NCBI GenBank assembly: GCA_043228905.1
Contig: JBHGNT010000018.1
Coordinates: 3,906,001-3,970,000 of the forward strand
Reading direction: 5' to 3'
DNA from: Azolla caroliniana
Taxonomy: Eukaryota; Plantae; Polypodiophyta
DNA length: 64,000 nt
Shown here piece after piece: positions 53,501 through 64,000 of this stretch; positions within the stretch are counted from its first letter, which is position 1; every line of letters starts with the position of its first letter. The notes beneath the pieces are model-generated. The model was given only the letters and a program-made list of their open reading frames with translations. It searched no databases and was not told the DNA's origin. The position numbers were made by a program, and so were the translations under genes.

Positions 53501-56359
53501 AAGTCTTGTCACAAAATTGAGCTTACAGCTTAAGGGTGGCACTCAAGGGTGGCATAATATATATGGATGAGTCTAGGGTGGCTAAATGTATAAATGATAT
53601 GGGAGCAAGGTTATTAATTTTCTTCTTCTTCATCAGGAGGGATTTGAGGGTTTTATACATTCAAGGTTCTTTGATCCATGAAATCATAAATATTGGTTAT
53701 AATACTAACGGGGAATGCTAACAAAAGGATCTCTTTTTAATGCAGACCACGAAGAGGACTGGTTGGGTAAATCATGGACTGAAGGAGACAGAATCTATAT
53801 CAGATCATATGCACCGGATGGCTATTATGGCTATTATTGGGGCAGATATCCCTGGCATCAATAAAGACAAGTAATTGCATGTTTCTGAACATGATGCATT
53901 GTTTATTATTTATGGACCAAGTTTATTAGACTGTGAATCACAGTTTATTGATGGCAAAAATCATTAAACTGAAAATTTATGGATGGACAAGTGGGGATCT
54001 TAAATTATGGATAGATAAATATACTGCAGTTTTCTTTTTAGATTTGTCATATCTTGCGTAATGTTCAAACATGCATTAGATTGGATTGACAGAGTTAGAC
54101 AGAATTTTGCTCTTTGTCCATAGGCACATCCATTGACAAAATTTAAGTATTTTCTCCAAATAAGTAGTTTCAAAGTGTTTCAGCCATTTTTATTTTACAT
54201 TGATTTCTATTCCATAGACAAGTTGTTTGTGTTTATAACTTATGTTTCTCATATGTTCATGTGCAGATGTGTAAAGATGGCAGTGGTCCATGACATTGCA
54301 GAAGGTAAAATAAAGAAACTATGTAGTAGTATTTGTAAACATTTTAGGATGTATACATCCATTCTCAGTTCTCAACAGTTAAGAATCTTTTTGTTCTTTA
54401 TAGCTAGTATCACAGCTAAATGTGAAACCTTTGATGGCCTATTTGGATGAATGTTTGTGTAACAGGAGACCCAAACTTATTTGAGTAGTCTTATCCATTA
54501 TGAAATAGTCACTTTGTAAGCTTATGGAAATCGTGCATTATGAAACTGTCACCCTTGTGAATTCGAAAATACAACCTTGGTACAGGTTACGGTGTCTGTG
54601 GTTGAAGATTTTTTTGTATAGGAAACCTGCATTTTATGTCACTTTTATAGGATTCTGCTGTTATAGTCCTTTGTTTTAGGGTTTACTGCTAGAAAAGGTT
54701 GGCGCAACTACTGGTTGAACAGTTCTATTTCCGACAAATGATGCATTCTTGCTTCTTGGACATGTTAATAAATGTCTTTTTATTGTTTATTATCTGTGTA
54801 GCCATAGTTGGTGACATCACTCCTTCGTGTGGCATTCCCAAAGAAGAGAAAAGCAGGCGAGAAAAAGCTGCCATTGATGAAATGTGCAATTTATTGGGTG
54901 GTGGGATTGCAGGTAATGCATTTGTCATCATTTTAATTGAAGTTTTCACTACATACTTAACAGAGTGTCAAATAAAATAAAATTACAATCTGGCCTGTCA
55001 TATTTGATGAATATAAGAAAAACATGGACCATCTCAATTCATTTCAATAATAAATCCATTGATTCGGAAACAGTATTTTAAGCAACAAATTGTTCAGAAT
55101 TGGGACTAAATATTTAAGCAGTTGCATGCATGTCAGAAAGTAGTGAAAGGGGACAGCAATCTCTTAGTGAGTTGGAAAAGAGGCTGGAGACTGTATATGT
55201 TATGCTTTTTTTTATTGTGGAATGTGTTTTGTATTATTAGATGACATCTCTATGTAGTGAGGATGGCCTTGTTCTAAAAACATCTCAATTTCATGATAAC
55301 TATTATGTACAAGGAGCTGTAGTGCCATTTTACCTGCATGTGAGCTAATGCCAAGAAATTTCCCAACTCTCGTGGTAGTAAGTATATGGATCATCTCAAT
55401 GTTGTTTGTCCCAATACTGTTGTGGGAGTTTCAAAAATCCATCAGATACACTTTTTCTACTCCATCCAACATATATGGATAATCTCAATCTAAAGAAATC
55501 CAAAGGGGTTTATTGGTGCTGTAGAATCCATATTTTGGTGGTGTGCTATCTGTGCACTAATAATTATTAAATGAACTATTCTGTTTGGCCTTCCTGCATA
55601 CTGTCTTATAACTGTTACATTTGATTTTGAAGTTCTTTGTTTATTCTAGTAACTTTATAGATATATTTTGCTTCTCAAATTGTCTGCATCTCTTCTGCAA
55701 GTGTTGAGACTTATACTTTTCGCAGCTGAAGAAGTGAAAAGCCTATGGTTGGAGTATGAAAATAATGCTTCACTCGAGGCAAGTCTTGTTAAAGATTTTG
55801 ACAAGGTAATTACCTGTTTCTGTCATTCTTTTTCACATCACTTTGATGGCACTGCATGGTCTATTCGTCAAGATTGTGATGCACATCCATATGATACCAT
55901 GCTTTTCATTTCTTATTCTAACGATGTAACCTGAACTCTCATATGCAGGTTGAAATGATTTTACAAGCCTTGGAGTATGAAACAAGTCAGTCATACTATT
56001 TTCCTTTACATTTCGGTTTATTAATCTGAATGGTCTTCTGTGGTTCTGACCTGTTCCCTTTATTATACAGCTCAGGGAAAGGTTTTGAATGATTTCTATG
56101 AGTCAACAGCTGGTAAGACCCTTTATAGGTTTGTTGCCATGTTTTGTTTTGCAATAATTACTTACATATTCCTAGTGGGAAGCCTCATTCATTTCCAACT
56201 TATATTATCATCCGTTCAAAAAATATTCACGGATTGCTATATTTTATTATGAACTCTTAACATGTTTTTGCAGGAAAATTTCAAACTGAGGTTGGGAAAG
56301 CTTGGGCAGCTGAAATTATGGCAAGAAGAAAGAATAGGATAGATTTGTTGAACCAATAA
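50600..56359 (+). CDS. HDDC2: HD-domain protein (HDDC2/YfbR-like 5'-deoxynucleotidase); 8 exons: 50600-51007, 53746-53870, 54267-54304, 54802-54912, 55726-55805, 55949-55985, 56071-56112, 56274-56359
   Basis: GT-AG introns with consistent phases; AIDFLMLCQSLKTTKRTGWVNHG..ESISDHMHRMA...KCVKMAVVHDIAEAIVGDITP...KEEKSRRE...[32 protein letters not shown]...GKFQTEVGKAWAAEI. Confidence 0.93.
52731..53125. repeat. About 157-bp tandem repeat, about 2.5 copies, in HD gene intron 1
   Basis: CCATCTTGGAT recurs at about 52790, 52947 and 53103 with matching intervening sequence. Confidence 0.88.
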
Positions 56360-57934
56360 CTTGGGGAAAGAAATTACTTTCGGTAAGGTGGGGACACTCG
56401 CTCATCTACCCCAGGTGCAATTGCTCTTATGATCTCAAATAGTGGTCGATGATGATCAATTGGGTTCCACAGGAAAAGTTTTAATCATTGTTTCTCCGGG
56501 TTGTCTAATGCAATTTGGAATAAGCCTAACTTGTAAGGCATTTTTTCATGAAGTTGTAAAAGAATGCAACTTCGAACAAGAACTGAACCTAGTTGATTTA
56601 ACTCAAAATCTATATTATACAAGCTTAACTAGTTGAGTAATATTTAAAGTAAAAACTTGACAAGAACGAATTAATTGGAATTGTAAAATGCTTATCCCAA
56701 TTAATTTCAAAATTCATTATGAAATTAAGAAAATGTGCATATTTGTCTGAATGCTTCTATCGTTGTCTTGTCTAAAATTGTGCATAATTTGTTTTGGGAT
56801 CAAATGCATATTGCACAATTTTACTCGTATGTTTATTGTGCTGCATGCATAAAGAGGCTTGCTTTACCTGAAATTGTATGTGACAGATTCACAAGACAAC
56901 GCCTGCCTTTGTTTGAATCTCAATGAGTAGCTAGAGGCCATTAAAAAATGTGCAACATTGTCTTCCAATCTTGTGTGTTCTAAGCCATTGTAGTGTTAAT
57001 AATACAAGAAAATGCCATCAGGCTATGTAAATATATATGATGTATAATAAATTCAGCTGCATGCACCTGCAGCACATCTATGTATGTTTTTGTGTGCAGG
57101 TTTGGCGAAGGTTTTGGATGTCCTATCCATATGTATACATCCATTTGTGAATTGAAATGTAATATTGGTAGCAATAAATAGTTGCAACATACATCTGCTC
57201 CTTTTCATTATTGATAGTCAATGGAAGGGGATAATCTTATGAACATATACCAAAAGTCCAAACATGCATAAAGATTTAAAACCATGACCACTTCAAGGAA
57301 GATGTGTAACCTGAACCATTTGGATAGACTATGTTTCACATATTACTTTTATAACTTTGATTAGGTTATTAAGATACATATGGAATATTATGAAATCGTA
57401 CTACCTTGCATAGGATATCGAGTGAATGCCTAGTGGCACATTTGCATGAATTTTAAGTGGCAATCATGTATGCTTAGGAGGTGGCACGCATGCATGTGTC
57501 TAAGCCATGCTATATAAACATGTATCCGAGTATTGATGAGCCATTCTAGTTCAACGCTAGTCTTTGGCATATTCTTGTAACCTTAAGATCAATGCATAAG
57601 TTTGTGAAAAGGGAGCATGGCTTCAAATCGATACACATTATACAAGACTATTGTAACGGTTTTAATCAACAACGTTACATACTCAAGATTAAGTAAGGCT
57701 CCACAACCACTCACGCAATAGTAAAGGTTGTGGAATGTTCGAAGGCGCTAGACTCAAGTTATGGTTCTTGAAAGGGAGTGTGTGTTCGAATCTCACTTTT
57801 CACAAGTTTCCAAATTAATGCCCCTTTTGAACCACTTAGAATATGTTGTCGCATCAATACCCTTTATACAAAACTTGACTACGCCTTGTAGTAAACTTAA
57901 CTTTTGCTATTGCTCCATGACCATTTAATCAATA

Positions 57935-58018
57935 GTTAGGATGGCCGAGTGGTCCAAGGCGCCAGACTCAAGTTCTGGTTCTCATAAGGGAGCGTGGGTT
58001 CAAATCCCACTTCTAACA
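57935..58018 (+). tRNA. tRNA-Leu(CAA), structurally intact array unit
   Basis: 84 nt; acceptor GTTAGGA/TTCTAAC, anticodon arm CCAGA-CTCAAGT-TCTGG, long variable arm, T arm GTGGG-TTCAAAT-CCCAC; TTTT follows. Confidence 0.72.
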
Positions 58019-60660
58019 AGTTTTCGAATCGATACTTGTTATACAGAACTATTACAATTTTAATCAACATACCCACCTATAAAATTCGAGATTGACCACT
58101 ACCAAGCACCCAATAGTCAAACTGGTCAAATGGTTTAAGTCGTTAGAATCAAATTATGGATCTTGAAAAGGATCGTGCGTTCGAATCCCACTTTTGACAC
58201 CTTTCCGAATTGTTGCCCCTTATGAACCCATTTCTAATATGTTGTTGAATTAGTACCCAAGTTTATACAAATGTTAAACAGACCTTACACGAAATTTAAG
58301 ATTTAAGATGGCTCCACGACCCACTTAGGATTGGCGAGTGGTCTAAGGCACCATATGGCAGACTCAAGTTCTGGTTCTCGAAAGCGAGCATGGGTTCAAA
58401 TGGATACTCATTATACAAGACTATTGTAACAGTTTTAATCAACAACCTAATGTACTCAAGACTAGTCATGCTTGCACAACCACGCACCAAATAATCAAGG
58501 TGCTAGAATGGTCTAAGACGCTAGACTCAAGTTATGGTTCTCGAAAGGGAGTGCTTTTGACAAGTTTCCAAATTGATGCCCCTTTTCAAGCACTTCTAAT
58601 ATGTTGTCACATCAATATCCTTAATACAAAACTCGAATGCACGTTATACTAAACTCTAATTTTAGTATTCCTCCACGGCCCATTTAACCAACATTTAGGA
58701 TGACCGAATAATCAAAGGCGACATTCTCAAGTTCTAGTTCTCGAAAAGGGGCATGGGTTCAAATCCCACTTCTTACAAGTTTTCGAATCGAAAGTCGTTA
58801 TACAAACCTATTACAGTTTTAATCAAAATTCTCGCCAATAAAAATTAATATTGACCACAATCACTCACCCAATTGTCAAAGTGGTCGAATGGTCTAAGAC
58901 AATAGACTCAAGTTATGGTTCTTAAAAGGGAGTGTGGGTTCGAATCCCATTTTTGACCAGTTTCCGCATTGATGCCCCTTTTGAAGCCACTTCTAATATG
59001 TTGTTGAACTAGAACCCTTTATACAAAACTCGAAAGTATCGTATACGAAATTTAAGATTTAAGATAGGGCTACAACCCACTAAGAATTGGCGAGTGAACT
59101 AAGGCGCCAAACTCATGTTCTAGTTCTACAAAGAGAGCGTCGATTCAAATCGATACACGTTATACAAAACTAATATACTCAAGATTGAGCATGGCTCAAG
59201 TTTTTGAATCGATGCTTGTTACACAAAACTATTACAATTTTAATCAACATTCCAGCCTATAAAATTCGAGATTTACCACTACCACTCACCCAATGGTCAA
59301 ACTCGTCAAATGGTCTAAGTCATTAGAACGAAGTTATGGATCTCGAAAGGGAGTGTGGGTTTGAATCCGACTTTTGACAAGTTTCCGAATTGGTGCCCCT
59401 TTTGAACCCACTTCTAATATGTTATCGAAGTACTACCCAAGTTTATACAAATGTCGAACGTACCTTATACGAAATTTACGTTTTACGATGGCTCCACGAC
59501 CCACTTAGGATTGGCGAGTGGTCTAAGAGACCAGACTCAAGTTCTGGTTCTCGAAAGGGAGTGTGGGTTCAAATCAATACTCCTTATACAAGACTATTGT
59601 AACGGTTTTAATCAACATTAGGTACTCAAGATTAAGCAAGGCTCCACAACCACTCACCCAATAGTCAAGGTCATGGAATGGTCTAAGGCGCTAAACTCAA
59701 GTTATGGTTCTCAAAAAGGAGGGTGTGTTCGAATCCCACTTTTCACAAGTTTCCAAATTGATGCCCCTTTTGAACCACTTCTAGTCTGTTGTCGCATCAA
59801 TACCCTTTATACAAAACTCGAATGCACCTTATATGAAACTTAAGTTTTAGTATTGCTCCATGACTCATTTAATCAACGGTCAAGATGGTCGAGTGGTTTA
59901 AGGCGCTAGACTCAAGTTTTGGTTCTCGAAAGGGAGTGTGGGTTCAAATCCCACTTTTGACAAGTTTCTGAATCGATACTCGTTATACAAAACTATTACA
60001 GTATTAATTAACATCCCCACTTATAAAAATCGAGATCAACTACAACCACTCACCCAATAGTCAAAGTAGTCAAATGGTCTAAGATGCTACACTCAAGTTA
60101 TGGTTTTTGAAAGGGAGTGTGGGTTTGAATTCCGTTTTTGACAAGTTTCCGAATTGATGCGCCTTTTGAACCCGCTTCTTATATGGTATCGAATTAATTC
60201 CCTTTACACAAAAGTCGAAATCACCTTATATGAATTTTAAGTTGAAGTATAGTTGTACAACCCATTTAACCAATAGTCAACATGGCCGAGAGGTCCAAGG
60301 GGCCAGACTCAAGTTCTAGTTCTCGATAGGGAGTTTGGATTCAAATCGATACTCTTTATACAAGATTAATATACTCAAGATTATGTATGGTTCCACAACC
60401 ACTCACCAATTCGTCAAGGTGGTGGAATGGTCTAAGGTAATAGAGTCAAGTTATGGTTCTCAAAAGGGAGTGTGTGTTCGAATCCCACTTTTCACAAGTT
60501 TTGAAGTTGATGCCACTTTTGAACCACTTAGAATCCAAATTGATGCCCATTTTGAACCATTTTGAATATGTTGTCGCATCAATACCCTTTATACAAAACT
60601 CAAAGGCACCTTATAGTGAACTTAAGTTTTACTATTGCTTCAGGACCCATTTAACCAATA

Positions 60661-60744
60661 GTCAGGATGGCTGAGTGGTCTAAGGCGCTAGACTCAAGTT
60701 CTAGTTCTCGAAAGGGAGCGTGGGTTCAAATCCCACTTCTGACA
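60661..60744 (+). tRNA. tRNA-Leu(CAA), structurally intact array unit
   Basis: 84 nt; acceptor GTCAGGA/TTCTGAC, anticodon arm CTAGA-CTCAAGT-TCTAG, intact A/B boxes; TTTT follows. Confidence 0.75.
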
Positions 60745-61823
60745 CGTTTTCCAATCGATTCTCGTTATACAAAACTATTATAGTTTTAATTAACATCCTC
60801 ACCTATAAAAATCGAGATGGACCACAACCACTCACCCAGTAGTCAAATTGGTCGAATGGTCTAATACACTAGACTCAAGTTATGGTTTTTGAAAGGGAAT
60901 GTGGGTTGGAATCCCGCTTTTGACAAGTTTCCGATTTGATGCACCTTTTCAACCCACTTCTAATATGGTGTCTAATTAATTCCATTTACACAAAAGTCAA
61001 ATTAATTCCATTTACACAAAAGTCGAACGCACCTTATACAAATTTTGCACGACCGATTTAACCAATAGTCAGCATGGCCGAGAGGTCCAAGGCGCCAAAC
61101 TCAAGTTGTAGTTCTCAAAAGCAAGTGTGGATTCAAATCAATACTCGTTATACAAGCCTAATATACTCAAGATTAAGCATGGCTCCACAACCACTCACCA
61201 AATCGTCAAGGTGGTGGAATGGTCTAAGGCAATAGACTCAAGTTATGGTTCTCAAAAGGGAGTGTGTGTCTGAATCCCACTTTTCACAAGTTTTCAAATT
61301 GATGCCACTTTTGAACCACTTAGAATATGTTGCCGCATCAATACCCGTTATACAAAACTTGACTACGCCTTATAGTAAATTTAAGTTTTACTATTGCTCC
61401 ATGACCCATTTAACCAATAGTCAGGAGGGTGGAGTGGTCCAAGGTGCCAGACTCAAGTTCTAGTTCTCGTAAGGAAGCATGGCTTCATATCCCACTTGTG
61501 ACAAGTTTTCGAATCGATACTCGTTATACAAACTATTACAGTTTTAATCAACATTCCCGCCTATAAAATTCGAGATTGACCACTACCACTCACCCAATAG
61601 TCAAAATGGTCGAATGGTCTAAGTCGTTAGAATCAACTTATGGATCTCGAAAGGGAGTGTCGGTTTGAATACGACTTTTGACAAGTTTCCGAATTGATGC
61701 CCCGTCAGAACCCACTTGTAATATATTGTCCAATTACTACCTAGGTTTATACAAATGTCGAACGTACCTTATACGAAATTTAAGTTTCAAGATGGCTCCA
61801 CAACCCACTTAGGATGGGCGAGT

Positions 61824-62259
61824 TATTAGAGATATGATATAAAGTAAGCATATGATAAGGATAAAAGCTAGATAGATAGAAAGGAGAGAGAGAAAGAAGG
61901 ATGTCGATCCACCCGACCACCCCCAAGTGAAGGGATCGAGACTGACGTCCCATACCACCGTCGTGGCATCGAGTCGTACTTGGTGTTGGCGTGCTCTCAA
62001 CAAGAGTTGAACCACCACAAAACATAGTCTCGACGTAGTCAAAAGATGATCAAATGAGGGTAGCTAGGCCTCATATTTATAGCGATATCAAAGGCCCCAA
62101 GGCAAGTTCACACTTGGCCTAATGGGTTGTCTCAATCCCGAGGATTAAAAGTAATCCTCCCCTTCTTTACACTCTCGTTTAACCCTCACACTTATCCGCA
62201 TGTATAGAATACTACGACAAATTCTCACGACGGGATATTATATGGTCATGCCTGTAACA
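61824..62259. mobile_element. 436-bp probable solo LTR inserted in the D-loop/A box of a tRNA unit
   Basis: Ends TATTAGAG...CTGTAACA (TG mutated to TA); flanks CGAGT (61819-61823) and TGAGT (62260-62264); the tRNA resumes with GGTCTAAGG. Confidence 0.75.
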
Positions 62260-62623
62260 TGAGTGGTCTAAGGGACCAGACTCAAGTTTTGGTTCTCAAA
62301 AGCAAGCGTGGATTCAAATTGATACTCATTATACAAGACTATTGTAACGGTTTTAATCAACAACGTTACGTACTCAAGATTAATCAAGGCTCCACAACCA
62401 CTTATCCAATAGTCAAGGTCGTGGAATGCTCTAAGGCACTAATCTCAAGTTATGGTTCTAGAAAGGGAGTGTGTGTTCGAATCCCACTTTTCAAGAGTTT
62501 CCAAATTGATGCCCCTTTTGAACCACTTCTAATCTGTTGTTGTCGCATCAATTCCCTTTATACAAAACTCGAATGCACCTTATACTAAACTTAAGTTTTA
62601 GTACTGCTCCCATTTAATCAACA

Positions 62624-62707
62624 GTCAGGATGGCCGAGTGGTCTAAGGCGCTAGACTCAAGTTCTGGTTCTCAAAAGGGAGCGTGGGTTCAAATCCCACT
62701 TCTGACA
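62624..62707 (+). tRNA. tRNA-Leu(CAA), structurally intact array unit
   Basis: GTCAGGATGGCCGAGTGGTCTAAGGCGCTAGACTCAAGTTCTGGTTCTCAAAAGGGAGCGTGGGTTCAAATCCCACTTCTGACA; all stems pair; TTTT follows. Confidence 0.78.
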
Positions 62708-64000
62708 AGTTTTCGAATTGATAATCGTATTACAGTTTTTATTAACATCCCCGCCTATAAAAATCAAGATGGACTACAACCACTCACCCAATAGTCGAAG
62801 TGGTTGAATGGTCTAAGACGCTAGACTCAAGTTATGGTTTTTGAATGGGAGTGTGGGTTCCAATCCCTTTTTTGACAAGTTTCCGAATTGATGCACCTTT
62901 TGAACCCACTTCTAATATGGTGTCAAATTATTTCCCTTTACACAAAAGTCGAACGCACCTTATACGAATTTTAAATTGAAGTATAGTTGCATAACCCATT
63001 AAACCAATAGTTAGCATGGCCGACTAGTCCAAGGTGCCAAACTTAAGTTCTGGTTCTGGAAAGGGAGTGTGGATTCAAGTCGATACTCGTCATACACGAC
63101 AAATATACTCAAGATTAAGTATGCTCCACAACCACTCATAAAATCGTCAAGGTGGTGGAATGGTCTAAGGCAATAGAGTCAAGTTATGGTTCTCAAAAGG
63201 GAGTGTGTGTTCGAATCCTAGTTTTCACAAGTTTCCAAATTGATGCCCCTTTTGAACCACTTAGAATATGTTGTCGCATCAATACCCTTTATACAAAACT
63301 CGACTACGCCTTATAGTAAACTTAAGTTTTACTATTGCTCCATGACCCATTTAACCAATAGTCATGAGGGCCGAGTGGTCCAAGGCGCCACACTCAAGTT
63401 CTAGTTCTCGTAAGGGAGCGTGGGTTCAAATTGATACTCATTATACAAGACTATTGTAATGATTTTAATCAACAATGTTGCGTACTCAAGATTAAGCAAG
63501 GCTCCAAAACCACTCACCCACTAGTCAAAGTCATGGAATGGTCTAAGATGCTAGACTCAAGTTATGGTTCTCAAAAGGGAGTGTGTGTTCGAATCCTAGT
63601 TTTCACAAGTTTTCAAATTGATGCCCCTTTTAAACCACTTAAAATATGTTGTCGCATCAATACCCTTTATACAAAACTCGACTACGCTTTATAGTAAACT
63701 TAAGTTTTAATATTGCTCCATGACCCATTTAACCAATAGTAATGAGGGCCGAGTGGTCCAAGGCGCCAAACTCAAGTTCTAGTTCTCGTAAGGGAGCATG
63801 GCTTCAAATCCCACTTGTGACAAGTTTTCAAGTCGATACTCGTTATACAAAACTATTACAATTTTAATCAACATTCCCGCCTATAAAATTTGATATCGAC
63901 CACTACCACTCACCAAATAGTCAAACTGGTCGAATGGTCAAATGGTCTAAGTCGTTAGAATCAAGTTATGGATCTCGAAAGGGAGTGTGGGTTTGAATCC

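Larger units (their letters stand above)
57611..64000 (+). repeat. Higher-order tandem array of about 30 tRNA-Leu(CAA)-derived units, mostly pseudogenes; continues past the right edge
   Basis: Recurring GAGTGGTCTAAGGCG..AGACTCAAGTT..GGTTCTCGAAAGGGAG.GTGGGTTC.AATCCCAC every about 140-250 bp, head to tail. Confidence 0.93.

Noticed and set aside
53330-53540. E/K-rich coding-like remnant in the HD intron
   Set aside because: Contains stops, is not needed for the spliced model, and cannot be assigned to a family.
59080-59150. Anticodon-switched tRNA (CAT loop on a Leu body; also TAA at about 63043)
   Set aside because: Both are in truncated C-type units with broken stems; most simply random decay.
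57611-64000. CRISPR-like repeat-spacer array
   Set aside because: Repeats are tRNA-Leu and the spacers are themselves homologous repeats; eukaryotic context and no cas genes.

Overview
Eukaryotic nuclear DNA from a land plant; a fern or other seed-free vascular plant is my inference from the PLS-PPR style and TE content. All alignments and splice calls were made by eye. There are three host genes: a PLS-class PPR gene (minus strand, running off the left edge), an 11-exon VIPP1/IM30 gene whose 12.5-kb first intron holds nested antisense retroelements, and an 8-exon HD-domain (HDDC2/YfbR-like) gene. The rest is mostly retroelements: a Ty3/gypsy element with short LTRs, several Ty1/copia elements (two nests with TSDs), solo LTRs, an L1 relic and RTEX-like LINEs. 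Two things stand out. (1) An apparently intact LINE has ORF1 and ORF2 in the same frame, separated by one UGA-CGG codon context, with no usable AUG for ORF2, suggesting programmed stop-codon readthrough. (2) A >6.3-kb higher-order tandem array is built from about 30 tRNA-Leu(CAA) gene/pseudogene units.
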